Shown: positions 1 to 14,279, counted from the first letter of the whole stretch. The stretch: DNA of 64,000 bases, filler included, from Sphacelaria rigidula (GCA_964200075.2; 3 parts of 3 records of this genome joined end to end with filler, not necessarily neighbours in it), one strand, 5' to 3'. Notes: a model not told the origin generated them from the sequence alone. Made by a program: numbers and translations.

Positions 1-66
1 AACGACCCCCCCTACTCAACCATCAGAAGGTTACGAGGTTACCAACTGAGCCACTGGCGCGACCGG
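1..66 (-). mobile_element. 5' head of the same tRNA-derived SINE, cut by the window edge
   Basis: GGTTACCAACTGAGCCACTGGCGCGACCGG matches the reverse complement of the SINE head. Confidence 0.8.
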
Positions 67-449
67 TTTGCTGTACTTTACAAATACAACAGACAACAGT
101 AGTACAAGGAGACAAACAGCGTGTACTTAAAACACACAGTGTTATAGTACGAGGTAGTCAAACATTTGTTCACGACAACGAGAGGCAGGCTCGCGTTTGG
201 CAGCGATGATGTCGGCAATGTCTCAAGTTCTACACCGTCTTGACTGTAAGGCTACATACAGATACAGAGAGCATGAATTCTGCCTGCAGTACGGTACACG
301 TGCAGGCTTTACTGTGTTTGCTAAAACTTGTAACCGTCTCACATTAAAAAAAAGTGGGCTCCCGGATGAAAAAAAAAAACGCAAGATCGGTTATAATAAT
401 ATGTGTGGGTGAATTTTTCTTTTTCCCCGACATGGGGGGATATGATTTT

Positions 450-839
450 CAGGGATGTGTACGGAGGAATCGCGTTTTGTTTCTTCTTACTCTGAGATCA
501 ACAGTAAACAAGTTTGACGCAAAGGAGGGCAAAGAAAACAGCTGATGATCACGAGCAATCGAACCAGCGTGTTCGCGTTGCATCATACATCGTCTTCCTC
601 CCTCAGGAGCCATTTGAAAAAAAATCCACGGTTTGAAATCCGTGAGAATTTCGCCACGGATTACGCTGTAAATCCGTAGCAGGAGCCGTAATATGAATCT
701 GTTCAAAGCGGAACGTGCGCGGATCGAGTACCCGTAACGGCTACTTTTTCGTGTTCCCTCTTTTACTCATATTTGTTTCTAGTACTGCCACTACAGTCTT
801 CAATCCGTAAAACCACGGTTTTATCCGTACATATCCCTG
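450..839. mobile_element. hAT-type MITE
   Basis: Terminal inverted repeats (TIRs) CAGGGATGTGTACGGA / TCCGTACATATCCCTG, with a perfect 8-bp TSD ATGATTTT at 442-449 and 840-847. Confidence 0.9.
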
Positions 840-1264
840 ATGATTTTTCCGCGAGATAAATCCATTGATTACCTGGACCGCGGTGTGAGCCTGTCATACA
901 TACATACACGCATACATACGTACGCCTGTCTTTGACGGTCGTGATGGACTATCTTATTTGTCCATGTATACATGTGTACATATATAGAACCAAGGGTACC
1001 CGATATAGTTTCGTCTGCGAAATGCCGAGACGACTCAAGCCGACGTTCAATCATGTTCACGATCTCTTGTGTGTACAGTATGTACTGTCGTGCGAATGAC
1101 CAAGCATTTGAAAAATGAAAAATGGAAGAGAAAAAAAAGGTGAAAATAAAAGAGGAGATATGAAAATAGTACAGTCAAAACCGAATGAATGATACACCGT
1201 AGAGGAAGTAACGCTACACAAACAGATAATGCGCCGACACTCAAACATGCGACCGGCCACCGTC

Positions 1265-1630
1265 AGCGTCACGTACACGGTAACGTCATGCGTGATACGA
1301 CAAGTTACAACGCCTTGAACACTGGTAAATGAGCCGCGACATGCACAGAATGAAAGGTTACATTCTAACGTTACACGTGTCAACAGAACGTCACATTGGA
1401 CGTTACGCGTTCCATGAAACCTTTTATATTACGGTACATGTAACGAAACGTCACATGAAATCATTTTTACGTGATGAACGTAACGTGAACGTAACGTTGG
1501 GTTTTCAAATAAAACGTTAGCGTAAAGTGATTTTTTTTCGACGTGCCGAACGAAACGTAACGTGAACGTCAAATTTGACAAACGTGATGAACGTAACGTG
1601 AACGTGTAACGTGTAACGTATATACCCCTG
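1265..1630. repeat. AACGT/ACGTT-array subterminal repeat ending in TATACCCCTG
   Basis: Dense AACGTAACGTGAACGT motifs and a hAT-like right terminus; a matching left TIR was not established. Confidence 0.55.
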
Positions 1631-2589
1631 GACATATCAGGGAAAAAAAGTTCAAGGTCATAAATGCGTCTTGAAAACAAAAAGCGGCTGCTTTGAGCAC
1701 GAATTTTCAACTTGCGTGGAAGAAGAAGCTCCTTGTAAAATTTCGGCTCGAAACTCCTAAATTGTGCTGCGCGTGCAACTTTTTGTGTGACACCGTTGCC
1801 TCCCGATTATCTACAGGAGACTCTCGTTATGGAGGTCGCGAGTTCGAATCCCGACATATCCTCATTATCTTTCGCTGTGCATCACCAGGTTTCTCTGCAA
1901 TTCACAGCGATTAACTCACATCGGGCTGATTCGGGAAACTGAAAAAGAAACTGTGCCCGGGATATGCTGAAAAACAAATCGTGTAGGAGATTCGCAAACT
2001 TGAGGTCGAAACAATTTGAAGTCCCCTGATTGGCCGAGAAACATTTTGTTACGGTGCCAGGGCAAAGGACACGAGAAAAAAATCTGGCTTCGTCACAGTG
2101 CTCGCTAGCTCGTGGAGGTCACTATAATAATAATACAATACTATATGCTTCTCTGTTGGATCAGGTTTGCGTTCTGTACCTAGTGGCGAATAAATTGTGC
2201 ACGATTCGGACGAATCATCGCCGGTCCGAATCACCAAATCCACGATTTCCTCGGCCTGATTGCCGAAAAGGAGAGAATAGTCGACCGCTGGTCAAAAAGG
2301 TTTCCACGCAATTTTTTTGCCATTCCACGTGCGTGGGCTGCGCGTACCTGGGATGCAACGCCGAAGACAAAGCCTAAGGATTGATTCGTACGGTACGAAT
2401 CAATATCACTAAAATCAAGTGATTCCCAGACGAATCATCAAGTCGCCCGACCCTTGCACTTGTGGGCATTCACCCTGTACCAGCTTGTGGAATACGTATG
2501 GTACATGATACGAAGGCGAAAGACAACTAGACGAACCACAGATTTTCTCAATTTATATATGCTGGGGTTTATAATGTAATGTACGTTCC

Positions 2590-3170
2590 CACCTTATTCC
2601 ACAGAAGCTATAGCCAGCTTTTGCCTCATGTAGTAGCGTGTTCATGTGTGAGGGGTGTCGCCGTTGATGTCATAAGATCACTGCAGTAAGCAATATATTT
2701 GTCAATACCTATCGTTGGCGTCACTGGCTATCGATAGGTGCTCCTGGGAACAATCTATTGTTGATGGCCACGACCATATTAATGGATACCCGAAAGTGTA
2801 TTGTTGGCGGCAGAGACTACCGATAGACGGCTCACTAAATCTATTTATGACGGTATTTGGTGTTGATAGATGACTGACCTAATCTATTGACGGTAATGGC
2901 TATCGATGGATGGCTCACCAACCCTATTGATTACGGCAATGGATATCGATATATACATCCCAGAATCTATTGCGGTACACGATTTCCATCGACGGCGACT
3001 CATCTGTATCCGTTGTAATTGACATAGGCTATCGATCGACTATTGAAACATGTATTGCCCCCTGCAATACATATCAACAGATGTGCTTCACGACCTATCG
3101 CGTTCAACAATATATATCGATAGGTTTTCCCCCGTGTCTATTGCTGAAGCGATGGACTGTTACTGTGTCC
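2590..3170. repeat. CTATCGATAG-rich repeat; inverted paralog at ~58925-59320 and further pieces to ~60500
   Basis: 2641-2970 matches the reverse complement of ~58930-59270 (e.g. ATCGTTGGCGTCACTGGCTATCGATAGGTGCTCC). Confidence 0.85.
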
Positions 3171-3381
3171 ATCGTCCAGAGTGCGAACAGGAACCACTTT
3201 TATCAAAGAAAAATCGTGACGATTTTGAACGAAAGTGACCCCCAATATTCTGAATAGACCCTAAATTCCGACCGAGCGCCCAGAATTGGGAGACAATTCT
3301 AAAATGCTTGATGACCTGTTTGAAATTTGGCACAAGAAGTGAAGTAAGGAACATGTCATGTTTTACAGCACTACACCACAC

Positions 3382-3517
3382 CACACTCTGGACAAAAGAA
3401 TACTGTCAAAAAGTGTACTGCGTACAGGATCGACTGTTGCGCGTATTGCAATAGGCAATAGATTCCATACTGTACGTGGTACATTTTTTTACAATGGAAT
3501 CTTTTGTCCACGGTGTG
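3382..3517. mobile_element. Small MITE
   Basis: TIRs CACACTCTGGACAAAAGA / TCTTTTGTCCACGGTGTG. It lies in a segment absent from the paralogous repeat at ~10010. Confidence 0.75.
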
Positions 3518-4153
3518 CGCCACATACATAAGGGTCTGTCATGTGCTGCACCTGAGACTGCACAGTCGTGTGTTTAGATCGTGCAGGAACTCTCCGGTCT
3601 CTGCTGGAATGACCTGACCTGCTGTACTGTTATCATTGTGGTCCGAACTGCAGTCGGCAGGCAGTGCTGCTGGCTTGTCCAAGTTGAAAATGCTCCAACA
3701 AATGTGTCTGTTGGATGCTGTGTTTTTCGCAACGAGCAAGGTCCTTGGTGCGCAGACCCAGCGTTCCTGTCCTGTAGTTGACACAATAGTGGGGTGACCT
3801 GCAAAGATGGTTGGATCTGCGCTGAGGATGGCGTGAACTGCTGTGCTATTGTTGCATTCCGGTCGGTGCACAAGTCTAGACACTGCCGAAAGCACTCACA
3901 TCATGGTGTGTTGGATGCATAGCCTCGTTTGTAAAACTAACAATGCGACTCGTGCCCACATACATCATTTCTATACTGTAGTTGTCGTTGTACTGGTTGA
4001 ATTTTGTTCGAATCCTATTAATACGGTTTGATATACGCTGGAGGTTGCCTGAGATGCTAAACCGCCGCTGGTCCGTTCCGTACAGAATTTGTGTGGGAAC
4101 AAAATGCTATTGATACAAAATTGGAAAAGTCAAGTGATGGCTGCACAGCCATT

Positions 4154-5504
4154 CAAGGGCAGGTCGAGTAGAGTATACTCAATACTCAGTATTTTTGCAG
4201 TCATACTTTGAGTACTCGAAGTTTGAGTAGAGTATTTGAGGTCGTACTCAACCTACATCGAATAGAGTATTTGAGATCATACTCAGTCTACTCGAAATTT
4301 GAGTAGAGTATTGACGTCATACTCAAGTGATACTCTATACTCAAGTATTACTGAAAGTGCTTACTCAATATTTGAGTAGAGTATTTGAAGTCGTACTCGA
4401 TCTACTCGAAATATGAATAGAGTATTGAAGGCCGTACTCGACGTACTCGAAATTTGAGTAGAGTATTTGAGGTCGTACTCAACGTACTCAAACTTTGAGT
4501 AGAATATTTCAGGTCGTACTCAACGTACTCAAAAATTGAGTAAAGTATCTGAGGTCGGGTCTGATGTACCGAAAACCCATAACTTTAACGTCTTCCTTCC
4601 TCTGGCGACTGTTGCGATTTTTACCCGTCTTGCACTGTTTCCACCTCTGACTCTCCCATGGAGGAGTCAAACATGTGACCAGTAGAGTCGCTCATTTTGG
4701 TAATACCTACTCGACTACTCGTCTATTCGATTACTCGATGATGATGAGTAGCGCTCTGTACTGTAAGCGGTATTGAAGGCATTGCGAGGTATCGAGTATG
4801 AACTGCCATGGGTGGGGGCTGGTGAGATGGGGCGCTGGGGCAGGAAGGTTCGTTCACATGCGCGCTTTTTATTTTTTATCTTTATGGTCACCATTCACTC
4901 ATACTTCTTGTTGGCTGTGATGTAACGCCGCCCATCTCATTGATGGCCATCGCTCGCCCATGTATTCAACGTAGTCTGTGAAGTGACGCCACGAAGTCGC
5001 CGACTGTCAGGGGTACTCACCATACCCAAGGGGTAGTCTATGCTCAAGTATTACTGAGAGTGCTTACTCAATATTTGAGTAGAGTATTTGAAGTCGTACT
5101 CAATCTACTCAAAATTTGAGTGGAGTATGTGAGACCATACTCAATCTACTCAAAATTCGAGTAGAGTATTTTAGGCCGTACTCGACGTACTCAAAATTTG
5201 AGAAGAGTTTTTGAGATCATACTCAACCTACTCAAATTTTGAGTAGAGTATTGAGGTCATACTCAAGTGATACTCTATACTCGAGTATTACTGAGAGTGC
5301 TTACTCAGAATTTGAGTAGATTATTTGAGGCCGTACTTGACCTACTCAATATTTGAGTAGAGTATTTGAGGCCGTACTCGACCTACTCAAAATTTGAGTA
5401 GAGTATTTGAGGCCGTACTCGACCCACTCAAACGTCGAGTAGAGTAAACACTTGAGTATTTCACTCGAGTACTCAAAAGTACATATCTTCTCGACCTACC
5501 CTTG
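4154..5504. mobile_element. Non-autonomous hAT-type element with ~40-bp TACTC/GAGTA subterminal arrays
   Basis: TIRs CAAGGGCAGGTCGAG / CTCGACCTACCCTTG and 8-bp TSD CAGCCATT / CAGCCGTT. The empty site is visible in the paralogous repeat near 10645. Confidence 0.9.
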
Positions 5505-8500
5505 CAGCCGTTATGTCTTCTTAGGGTGCTGTTGTACAGGTGCACAACTCCTACCTATATACACAACTCCAACTTTTACGCCATAGAGATGTGTTTTGGT
5601 CCCCGTTCAGAATGGCGGCAGGCAAAAAACGGCAATGAAATAATCGAGCAGTTACATCTTGAACGGCGTCCATTGAAGTTGGCCTTACATGTATACCGCA
5701 CACGAAGTGGCCCAAAATAATATCTTCACAGCCTCTAGCCGGCGAAAACGCCTCTTATCCCTTAGATGGCAAAGTAGGTCAGCTGTTGAATGGGCATAAA
5801 TGTCACTTGAAAAAGTGTGTGTGATGCAGATGGACTGCCCTCGCGGTCTCAGGGTTAATCTCTAAAAAACCCATTCTGGGAAAAAAAAATACCGACAGGG
5901 TAGTCTTACCAAACAGGGCAACTCCTCATACAGCGTCCACTCAAGGTACAGAGTACCTGATCGTAGGTCGATATACGCTCTGAGTTTTTGTTGTCTTTTC
6001 TGTTGCCAATCAAACGTATCGTTACGGTTACGCACGTACATACCTGCAGATGGCATTAAGCAGGAAGGCTCCCAGAATGGCGAGGACCTGGAACATCATG
6101 TACCTGATTCGAAACCATAATGAGACGGTAAAAGCGACGAGTAGAGCCGATCCAAGCAAGGGACGGAAACGGGTACAGTCAAGGCGCACTGTAGTGGGAT
6201 ATCACGCCAGTATTATTCCTTTTTCAATGATATGGAGGCGGTATTTTTGGAGGTAAGGCGCCGAAAGGCCGCACACCTGGCGCCTGATGATGCTGTAACT
6301 TGGCGTATGTGTGGGTTGAAGCCGCAGGTTGTGGTTGACGCAGTAGCTGCGGCGATCCAAGGCGTTGTCAGCGCAGCGTGGCTTGAAACGATGATTTTGC
6401 ACGATGCTGAAGTGATTCCGAAAACTAGAACACTTTCTAATGACGGTTGTAGAGGGTAATGATACGAAATCCATGCGGGTCCAGGGGTAGACGTTGTCAG
6501 GCTGTTGTTGTTGCGTTGGCCCCCTGTCACTCGAGACCAGCACCAAGACGGAAAATAATCAACAATGAAGATTCTGCATATGTTACGGGCATGTGCCGTT
6601 GAGGTTTAGGTGCCGTGCCGAGCAATAAGCGGCCGTGCAGAGCAGCGAAGGAAGACAGTGTGCACAGACAAGGAGCGCTGTGAACCTGCTCGGGCAGCAG
6701 CGGGCAACGTGCCTTCCCTTACAGTGCCAGACTTTGTGGCGTGAGAATGACAGGGGAGGTTGCTGCACTATTCTTGTACGACAATCAACCGCTAATCCTA
6801 CACCAGGGTGCTTCCCCATTGAGAAATTGAACTTTTCCTCACAGGCACGGCATGGGAATTTTGTGGATCTCAACTCCTTTTCATTTGCGCTCAGTACACA
6901 ATGTCTGCTGCCTCGACAGGCAACTGTCGCGACAGGTGTACTGCACACAGTATCGCATGTGTTTAGTATCGCGACTACATTTTGCACACTGTATGCAGTA
7001 TACTTCTCTACGGCTGCTCGTGGCATGCCGTACTGCACATAACGTTCACACGTAATACATTGAGTGCGGAATAAGGGCCAGTGTCTTCACTACAGCACGG
7101 GCCGTGCTACAGGTTGTGGCGTACGGGTTACGTTGCCATGTGATCAGTCACATGAGCACTACCTCACATGCTATGAGGAGGTGGTATCGTCAACCAATAT
7201 GTATCCAGGAACACTTCACTACAGACGGTTCCGTACCGTAGTCACTCAAGTAAATGAAACGGTGACGGAGCAGTCGTGCGGCACAATGAGGAAAACATGT
7301 TGACTTCGGGCCGTCCTCACCGCTCAGTAATTACGCACGGGAAATCAGTACTGTTGTATTGTGGGCATATATGACTATAGCATGGCGTCATGTGCCATGG
7401 TATGTCACAGCGCGCCTCACCGCAGGTAACACGCTGCCCCCTCTGTATCTGCGCCTACTCCTTGCCACACGACGGTCTATGTTGTACCAGATCGTATATA
7501 CCGTGCAGAGGCGGACCACAGGCGATCGAATCACGGACTAGTCGTGCTCATATTGGCACACTTCTATGTCGGACAACAAATGCTTCCCGTCTACGCAGCG
7601 ACACATCTGCTTGGCCCACCCCGTCGAGATATGCGCTAAAGCTGCTCTATGCCGCCAGTTATCCGTCCTGATGTGGAGACTTCTCTTCCAAGGATGTCTG
7701 TGCCTTTCAGGCCAAGATGTTTTCAAGTCTTGGAGCATGACTGTCTCAACTTATTGCCGTGGATGATAAATTGTATTTCTGGACATCGCCTCAATATCAT
7801 TGCAAAATAATAACACTGACGCTGGGGTCTTCCCCCTAAAAGGTACAGTTTCAGATGTGGTAGTGATCAGTTCCCTCTCAGCACACGAAGTTTCAGATGT
7901 GGTAGTGATCGGTTCCCTCGCAGCACACAAAGTTGATTACGGAGAAACTCAGGGTGGCTTGCACGCCGAAAATTGTTCAAGTTTGAGATCGCGAGATCTT
8001 TTTTTCCAAACCCTTCCCTCCCTCGTGACGAACGTCAAACGACTAAGCCAAGCAACACATGAGAACGCCGCCCCCCTCGTGACGAACTCGTAGACTCAAG
8101 AGGTCGGACTATCTCTCTCCCTGTAACATGACTCACATTTTTGTATCGCGGAAAAATAGCCCTCTTGCGAATCACTCTTTCTTGGGTGAAATGTACAATA
8201 AAAGGTATACCCACATGTTTTCGAGCAAAAAGAGGTGCCGTACTTTGCGGTTTGCGAGCGGCGCTGCACGCGGGTTGAGTACCTCGAAATAGTCCAGCGC
8301 GTCGGCGCCACGCCCAAGGTGCTTAGGCAGCTTGCTCTACCTTCTTCTTTTTTTTACACATGGCCTTAGGCTTACTTAATGAGCGGAAAAGGAGAGCCCC
8401 TTGGAGCATTTTGTTTTGGTCAAAAATCAGGAGGGTACCCCGATTCTCTGTTAAGAAATTATCTCGTACCCTTCTTTGTTCACGTGTGTACCTGTTAATG

Positions 8501-9264
8501 CTCACGTGCAACGGTTTGATGATCCACATGGTGACGCCACATGCTCCCTACATCTTACGGTTCCACATAATGTTTTCGGGGTGCCCGAGCGGAGGGGTAC
8601 TAAAAGAGTGTGGTGGGTACCACAAGTACGGTCTACGGGATATAATGGGATGTTCACGCCAAGGCGGGGTACAAATACTTCGCCGTGCCAACCTTCGTTT
8701 GATGATGGAAGAAGACGCGCAACACAGACCTCCACCGATGGCTGCTGGGCCAGCTCGTGCTGTGCAAACTGACATCTACAACCTACTCTATGCGGCAGTA
8801 CAGACAGAGCTGTGCAGAATAGCACTGTGTCGCACGTTTTCAAAATCTTCCACGTTGCCCAAAGTCTCTCTCAGTACTGCCACTGTATCGCTGTGTGCAC
8901 GCTGACATCTACCTCCTATACTGTATACGGCAGTACAGAGAGCACATTACTGTCTGCGCTACACATCTTCGACAGGACGGTCGATGCCAACAGATCATAA
9001 ACCCCTGACGCCATCCCGCGTGCGCCGGGATGACGAAGCGAAGTCCACTCTAGTGTGTGTGTGGCGCTGACGATGTTTGAAATAGCTGCCAGGAGAGCCC
9101 TCCAGATAAGGAATACGGGCACAAATATCTCTTGTGCGTCTCTGTTGTGGTGTGTGCCGGCGAGTGTTTCCAAGTTCGCCGTCCCTTGGTTGGAAATTCT
9201 TCCTCGGAAAAAATCTCTGGGACTCAGAGCGACTCTAACAATGGGAGCCCTTCAAATTTTCAAG

Positions 9265-9800
9265 GTTAAGTTCTGTAGGGTACGGTTTTGTGTATACCCG
9301 GGTATTTTCCCGGGTATTTACCGTACCCGGCACTTTCATATCGGTACCCGACAGTTCTGTAAACTTTGTGAGACTTTCATAACCTTACCCGATAGTTCCG
9401 TGAGTTCTCTAAGCCTCCCGTACCATCACCGGGGGCACGGGTATGCCCTTGATAAGATACCCGGTTGCGCGTACGGTTCTCTGTGCAGCCTCCGTACTCT
9501 GCCCGACACTTTTTGTCAGTTTTGTACGCCTCCCATACCCTTACCCGACAGTTCTGTGAGTTATGTACATAATGTTTGCCCGCACCCGGAGCACGGGAAT
9601 GCGCTTGAAGAAAAACCCGATTGCCGGTACGGTTTTCTGCAAGCCTCCCCCATACCGTATCCAACAAGTTCTTTAATTTCTGTAATACTTTCAAACCGAT
9701 ATCCGACAGTTTCGTCATTTCTGTAAGACTTCCATACCGGTACCCGATGTTTCTGTAAGTTATGTGAGGAGTTCCATACCCTACATAACATACCCGTACA
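9265..9800. repeat. GTACCCG/TTCTGTAAG-motif repeat family (fragments also ~53800-53915, 56075-56180, 60510-60570)
   Basis: Recurrent TTCTGTAGGGTAC, TACCCGACAGTTCTGT and CATACCCGTAC motifs. Confidence 0.75.
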
Positions 9801-12800
9801 CTACATAACGCGACCTTGGAAATTTTATTCTTCGTAAAATTTCAACGACAATCACTTTTTTCGAAAAAAAGCGTGACGATTTTGAACAAAAGTGACCTCT
9901 AATATTCTGAACAGACCCTGAATTTCGGTCACGCGCCCAGAATTGGGAGACGATTCTATTATAAAACGCTTGATGACCTGTTTGAAATTTGGCACAAGAA
10001 ATGAAGTAAGGACCACACACATAAGGGTCTGTCATGTGCTGCACCTGAGACTGCACAGTCGTGTGTTTAGACCGTGCAGGAACTCTCCGGTCTCTGCTGG
10101 AATGACCTGACCTGCTATACTGTTATTCTTGTGGTCCGAACTGCAGTCGGCAGGCAGTGCTGCTGGCTTGTCCAAGTTGAAAATGCTTCAACAAATGTAT
10201 TTGTTGCATGCTGTGTTTTTCGCAACAGACAAGGTCCTTGGTGCGCAGATCCAGCGTTCCTGTCCTGCAGCTGACACAGTAGTGGGGTGGCCTGTGAAGA
10301 CGGTTGGATCTACGCTGAGGATGGCGTGAATTGCTGTACTCTTGTTGCATTCCGGTCGGTACACAAGTCTAGACACTGCCGACAGCGCTCACATCATGGT
10401 GTGTTGGATGCATAGCCTCGTTTGTAAAACTAACAATGCGACTCGTGCCCACATACATCATTTCTATGCTGTCGTGGCCGTTGTACTGCTTGTATTGCGT
10501 TCGAATCCTATTAATACGAACACGGTTTTGATTATCTACGCTGGAGGTTGCCTGAGATGCTAAACCGCCGCTGGTCCGATCTGTACAGATATGGGTGGGA
10601 ACAAAATGCTGTTGATACAAAATTGGAAAAGTCACGTGATGGCTGTGCAGTGGTTATGTCTTCTTGGGTGCTGTTGTACAGGTGCACAACTCCAACTTTT
10701 ATGCCATAAAAAGTGTGTTTCTCGGTCCCCGTTCAGAATCGCGGCAGACAAAAAACGGCGATGATATTTAAAAAAAAATATACGGTGTTGTGCCACAAGA
10801 AGAAAACATATTTTTCTGCAACAGAATCTGACCACCTTTCCCTCTAGTGCGCACTGCTGCAGCGCACAGCACCAGATATAGCGATGTGGAAGTGTTGAGT
10901 GTGATTCGCACAACATATGAGCGAAGTTTCAGCGCCTCGCAGCAGCTACAGCGCGCGTAGGGCTGTGCGTCATGAACCGCGCAGCTCTGCAGGCTGCACG
11001 CCGATTGGTACACTACAGATGGTCATGATCCAAGGAGAAAGCTACCACACCGGCTGCCCAGCCGCTCGACATGTCGAAGTTTGTGCATCCGCGCGTGCAT
11101 CTATGCATTCGCCTGTACTGCACAAAGTCTGGGCTGCGGGATAGCCTATTTGAGGGCGCATCGACTGCATTCCCCGAAATTGCTCGGGGCCATGTTGTAA
11201 TTTGGTCCTGGGCCCAATCGTGCGGGCGCTCTGCGCATATGCTGTCTATGCTGTGTCCGACCAGTGTGCTAAGTTTCATTATGGAAGGCGCAGTCGCAGG
11301 CGAGTAATCAACAAGCAAAGTTGCACTGGAAATTGGGAGTTTACCGTAGGAAAGTATCCAAAATAAATATGAGACGCGGTTACGCCCTGGTTACGCCGCA
11401 TATCAGATGCGGTTATGCAGTATTACGGTTCAGGTACTGTGTGTCGACAGTACATTGCATCAGCGTATTATACTGCACTTTTCAGTGGTCATGACGGAAC
11501 TTTCAAAATTTGAAGCCATCAGCTGCGCCGCTAGACATGCATGCAAACGATCGTGCCGTTCTCGTTTTCTTTGAAAGCATTTGAGATGCTTCTTCTTCAG
11601 GCGGATTACACAATCCATATGCTACGCTCTAGGCGTGGTGATGCGCTGGAACGCTGAGCGTGGTCACCACCTATCGTCGTACCATGGGGCACGCAAGGCA
11701 CCCGTACCGAGCAACACCATGCACACCGTCGAACGCGGGACATCATCACGTTCTCAGCCTTCAACTTGTGCCGACGATCCAGCCTTAAACGTAGCTTTTC
11801 AGATATGCCGCGTGTTGGGCTGTAGGTCCTCCCTCTGGGGCACCTCGCTCGTGTGGCCTACATCTATTTTGCGGATGATCCCAGCTGATAACTTTTACAA
11901 TGACTCTTGTATGCGAAAATCGGCACACATTTCACTTTTTTTTCTTCTTTTGACGCAACACTGAATGGCTCCCATTAGAATTGGCCGCAGCTCGTATTTT
12001 TTTCAGAACTACCAGCCAGCAGCGCCAAGTTCGATTTTGTTTTCTCCACTTGTTATTTTTTTCTGAACTTTTGTGGAAATACCAGCCAACCGCACGAAGC
12101 CATGTAGGATTTTTCATCCGTTTTTCGAAAAAAAAACGGCTGGAAGATACCAAGCGTAGGCAACGGTATCACACTGTTCCTTCTGCAGTTATTTTTGTTG
12201 TTGGATTTTTCAGTTTTGGGATGTTTGATACAGGTTTTGGCCTCCACATGGGGAATTCCGCCATCACATGCCTTGGACACCCTGCATCGCGCCACTAAGA
12301 GGAGTCTAGCCCTCGTTCCCGATTTGTCTGTCTCCGAGGTTTCGAGAGACGGACCCGTGAACAAAAGTACAGCTGGACGAAAGCATGCGGTGTCTTCGGG
12401 TATTTTCAAACGCGTGTCGTATATCCCAACACTGAAAAATCCGCCCCCCAAAACACCAACCGGAAGAAACGGCCTTACACGCAGCAATAGAAGCCGTTTC
12501 GTCGAAACCCCCAAAAAGACGCGAGATACGAAACACGCATCCTTAGGCAGAACGTTAATTGGTTGCCGCAAACGTAGGCTCGCCCGATGATCAATGAACG
12601 CGCTGCTGTTGAACGCTTGTTTCGTTTCTCGCTTTTTCAGTCTTGATAAGTGCCCGTTTTCACAAGACAAGAAAATTGAGAACGAGTCGTGAGAGTGTTG
12701 GATATTCTGGTGGTTTCTTCACTTTTCTTGTTCCACCCTTCCGATTGGTTAGAGCTGATGGGGGGCACCCAATCGGAAGGACGAAATGAAAGAAAAAACA

Positions 12801-12929
12801 CCAAAACCGCCAGAATCACTCAACGCGCGTTCTTACTTTTCTAACAAGATCTACGGCCCAAGAGGCGGCCATATGTCACGGATGACCTTGCTATTTCGCT
12901 TCAACAGATGGTCTGTATTGCCATCCTGT

Positions 12930-14050
12930 ACTATACCGGATCCTTCTGCGGGTTATCGGGTACCGCCGAGTGCGTGGCACATACCGACCGTTATCATACG
13001 CCCAGGCCCTCGAGAAGACCGGATGCCAAAGCGCTGAAGCCATCGTCCGGCAACGGCGACTGCTGTTCGCGGGAGCCCTGGCTAGACAACCGGACGGACG
13101 ACTACCGAAGCGGCTGGCATTCTGAACACTCGTGGTGGGGGAGGATCCAGGACCAGGATGCCCGGAGCAAAACTAGCTGAAGTGCCTGCGGGACGATTTT
13201 CAAGCTTTCGGAGCCACGAACGGCTCTATGGACGACAACCGACAGACGTTCGGAAGTGAACGTGCCCTCTGGCGTTCAGCAGTCAAGAGGGAAGGGTGGA
13301 TACCATGGCACGCGGGGGTACTGCAGGGAGCGGAGAGGTTCGTGACCTCTTGGCACAAAATGGAGGAAGAGGCCAGCCGACTACGTGCGATTAAACGGGA
13401 GCTTTGAGGAGAGGAGGGAGGAGATGGAGGAATGCGTTACCATCTTGTATCGAACTGAAAATAGCGGAAGTGGCAGAACCCCAATCATCTCCCCTTGTAT
13501 TGTTTTTCTACGAACTGCTGACTCCAACACACCCCTCCTGCCGAGGTGGTGTGTGTTGTTATGTGGTGCTTTTCCTGTTATGCCTAGAATATTCGTACGC
13601 ATAGCTGTCCCTCTAGAGGTACAAGGTTAGAACCCTGCGACTCTTATCGCTGTGGCCGGTGATCGTGGCTCTCGAGTTTGGCTCCCTTCCTGTGTGGCCT
13701 CGCGTGTTGAGTGGACCATTAGGCCGTGCCAGAAGTAGCCTGAATGGTTGCATATGACATCGGAACTTAGAGGGCTAGCAGTAGTCCTTTTCCCTTCCTC
13801 TATTTCTTCTTTTTTCTTTTTTTTTCCCCAGTATTTTTTTTTGTCTTTTATTTAGTATCGCGTCTGTGGGAATTGTTTCTGGGTCCGGTTTTATTTCATG
13901 ATTGTCTTTTACACCGGCTTGGGGTATAATAGTTAGCCTGTGACCACGGAAGGCGTCCGCATCAGACGCCCAGTACAGAGTACTACGCAGATATCGGAAC
14001 GGTTTTTAATGTGAAAACATCCCCGACAAGCACGACAACCACAACTACAG
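12930..14050 (+). mobile_element. 5'-truncated non-LTR retrotransposon (RTE-like LINE) 3' end, degenerate
   Basis: Frame reads ILLRVIGYRRVRGTYRPLSYAQALEKTGCQSAEAIVRQRRLLFAGALARQPDGRLPKRLAF*...LKCLRDD, typical of the post-RT C-terminus of RTE-clade ORF2, with in-frame stops. A T-rich 3' UTR and a decayed (CAA)n tail follow. Confidence 0.85.
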
Positions 14051-14279
14051 TATTGGACCTTTCTACAGTACGAGGCTCTTCGACTCCATCTCTCGTCTAC
14101 TGCTGCTTTGGAATTGATTTGATGCTTGTAGGCGTGGTCCGCAGATTATAATAGGGAGTAGTAGCTAGTTTCTGCTCGCCTACGCGAGAGGAAAAACAGC
14201 TCGACTCGCGGCACAGGCGCTAAATAGATATATAATTTCATAATAGTACACCACGTGACAGTGAACGCATTACAGGACT

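Larger units (their letters stand above)
3200..10765 (+). repeat. Two direct copies of a ~0.9-kb dispersed repeat (3200-4153 plus 5505-5640, and 9860-10765)
   Basis: Long colinear similarity, also seen as duplicated spurious ORFs (MQELSGLCWNDL...). The first copy is split by two MITE insertions. Confidence 0.9.

Noticed and set aside
1815..1860. tRNA-like B box (GAGTTCGAATCCC)
   Set aside because: No matching A box or acceptor stem; at most a tRNA-derived fragment.
4180..5470. Regularly spaced ~40-bp repeats resembling a CRISPR array
   Set aside because: Units are adjacent and degenerate, with no unique spacers and no cas genes. The block has TIRs and an 8-bp TSD, so it is a transposon.
5900..7770. 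Possible transposase remnants (e.g. SLHIRTDN at ~7660, minus strand)
   Set aside because: The motifs are too short and broken to assign without a search.
9055..9726. 223-aa ORF, and similar long ORFs at 23306-24028, 35230-35762 and 12053-12670
   Set aside because: They run through motif-array or dispersed repeats, show no domain signal, and are best explained as chance open frames.
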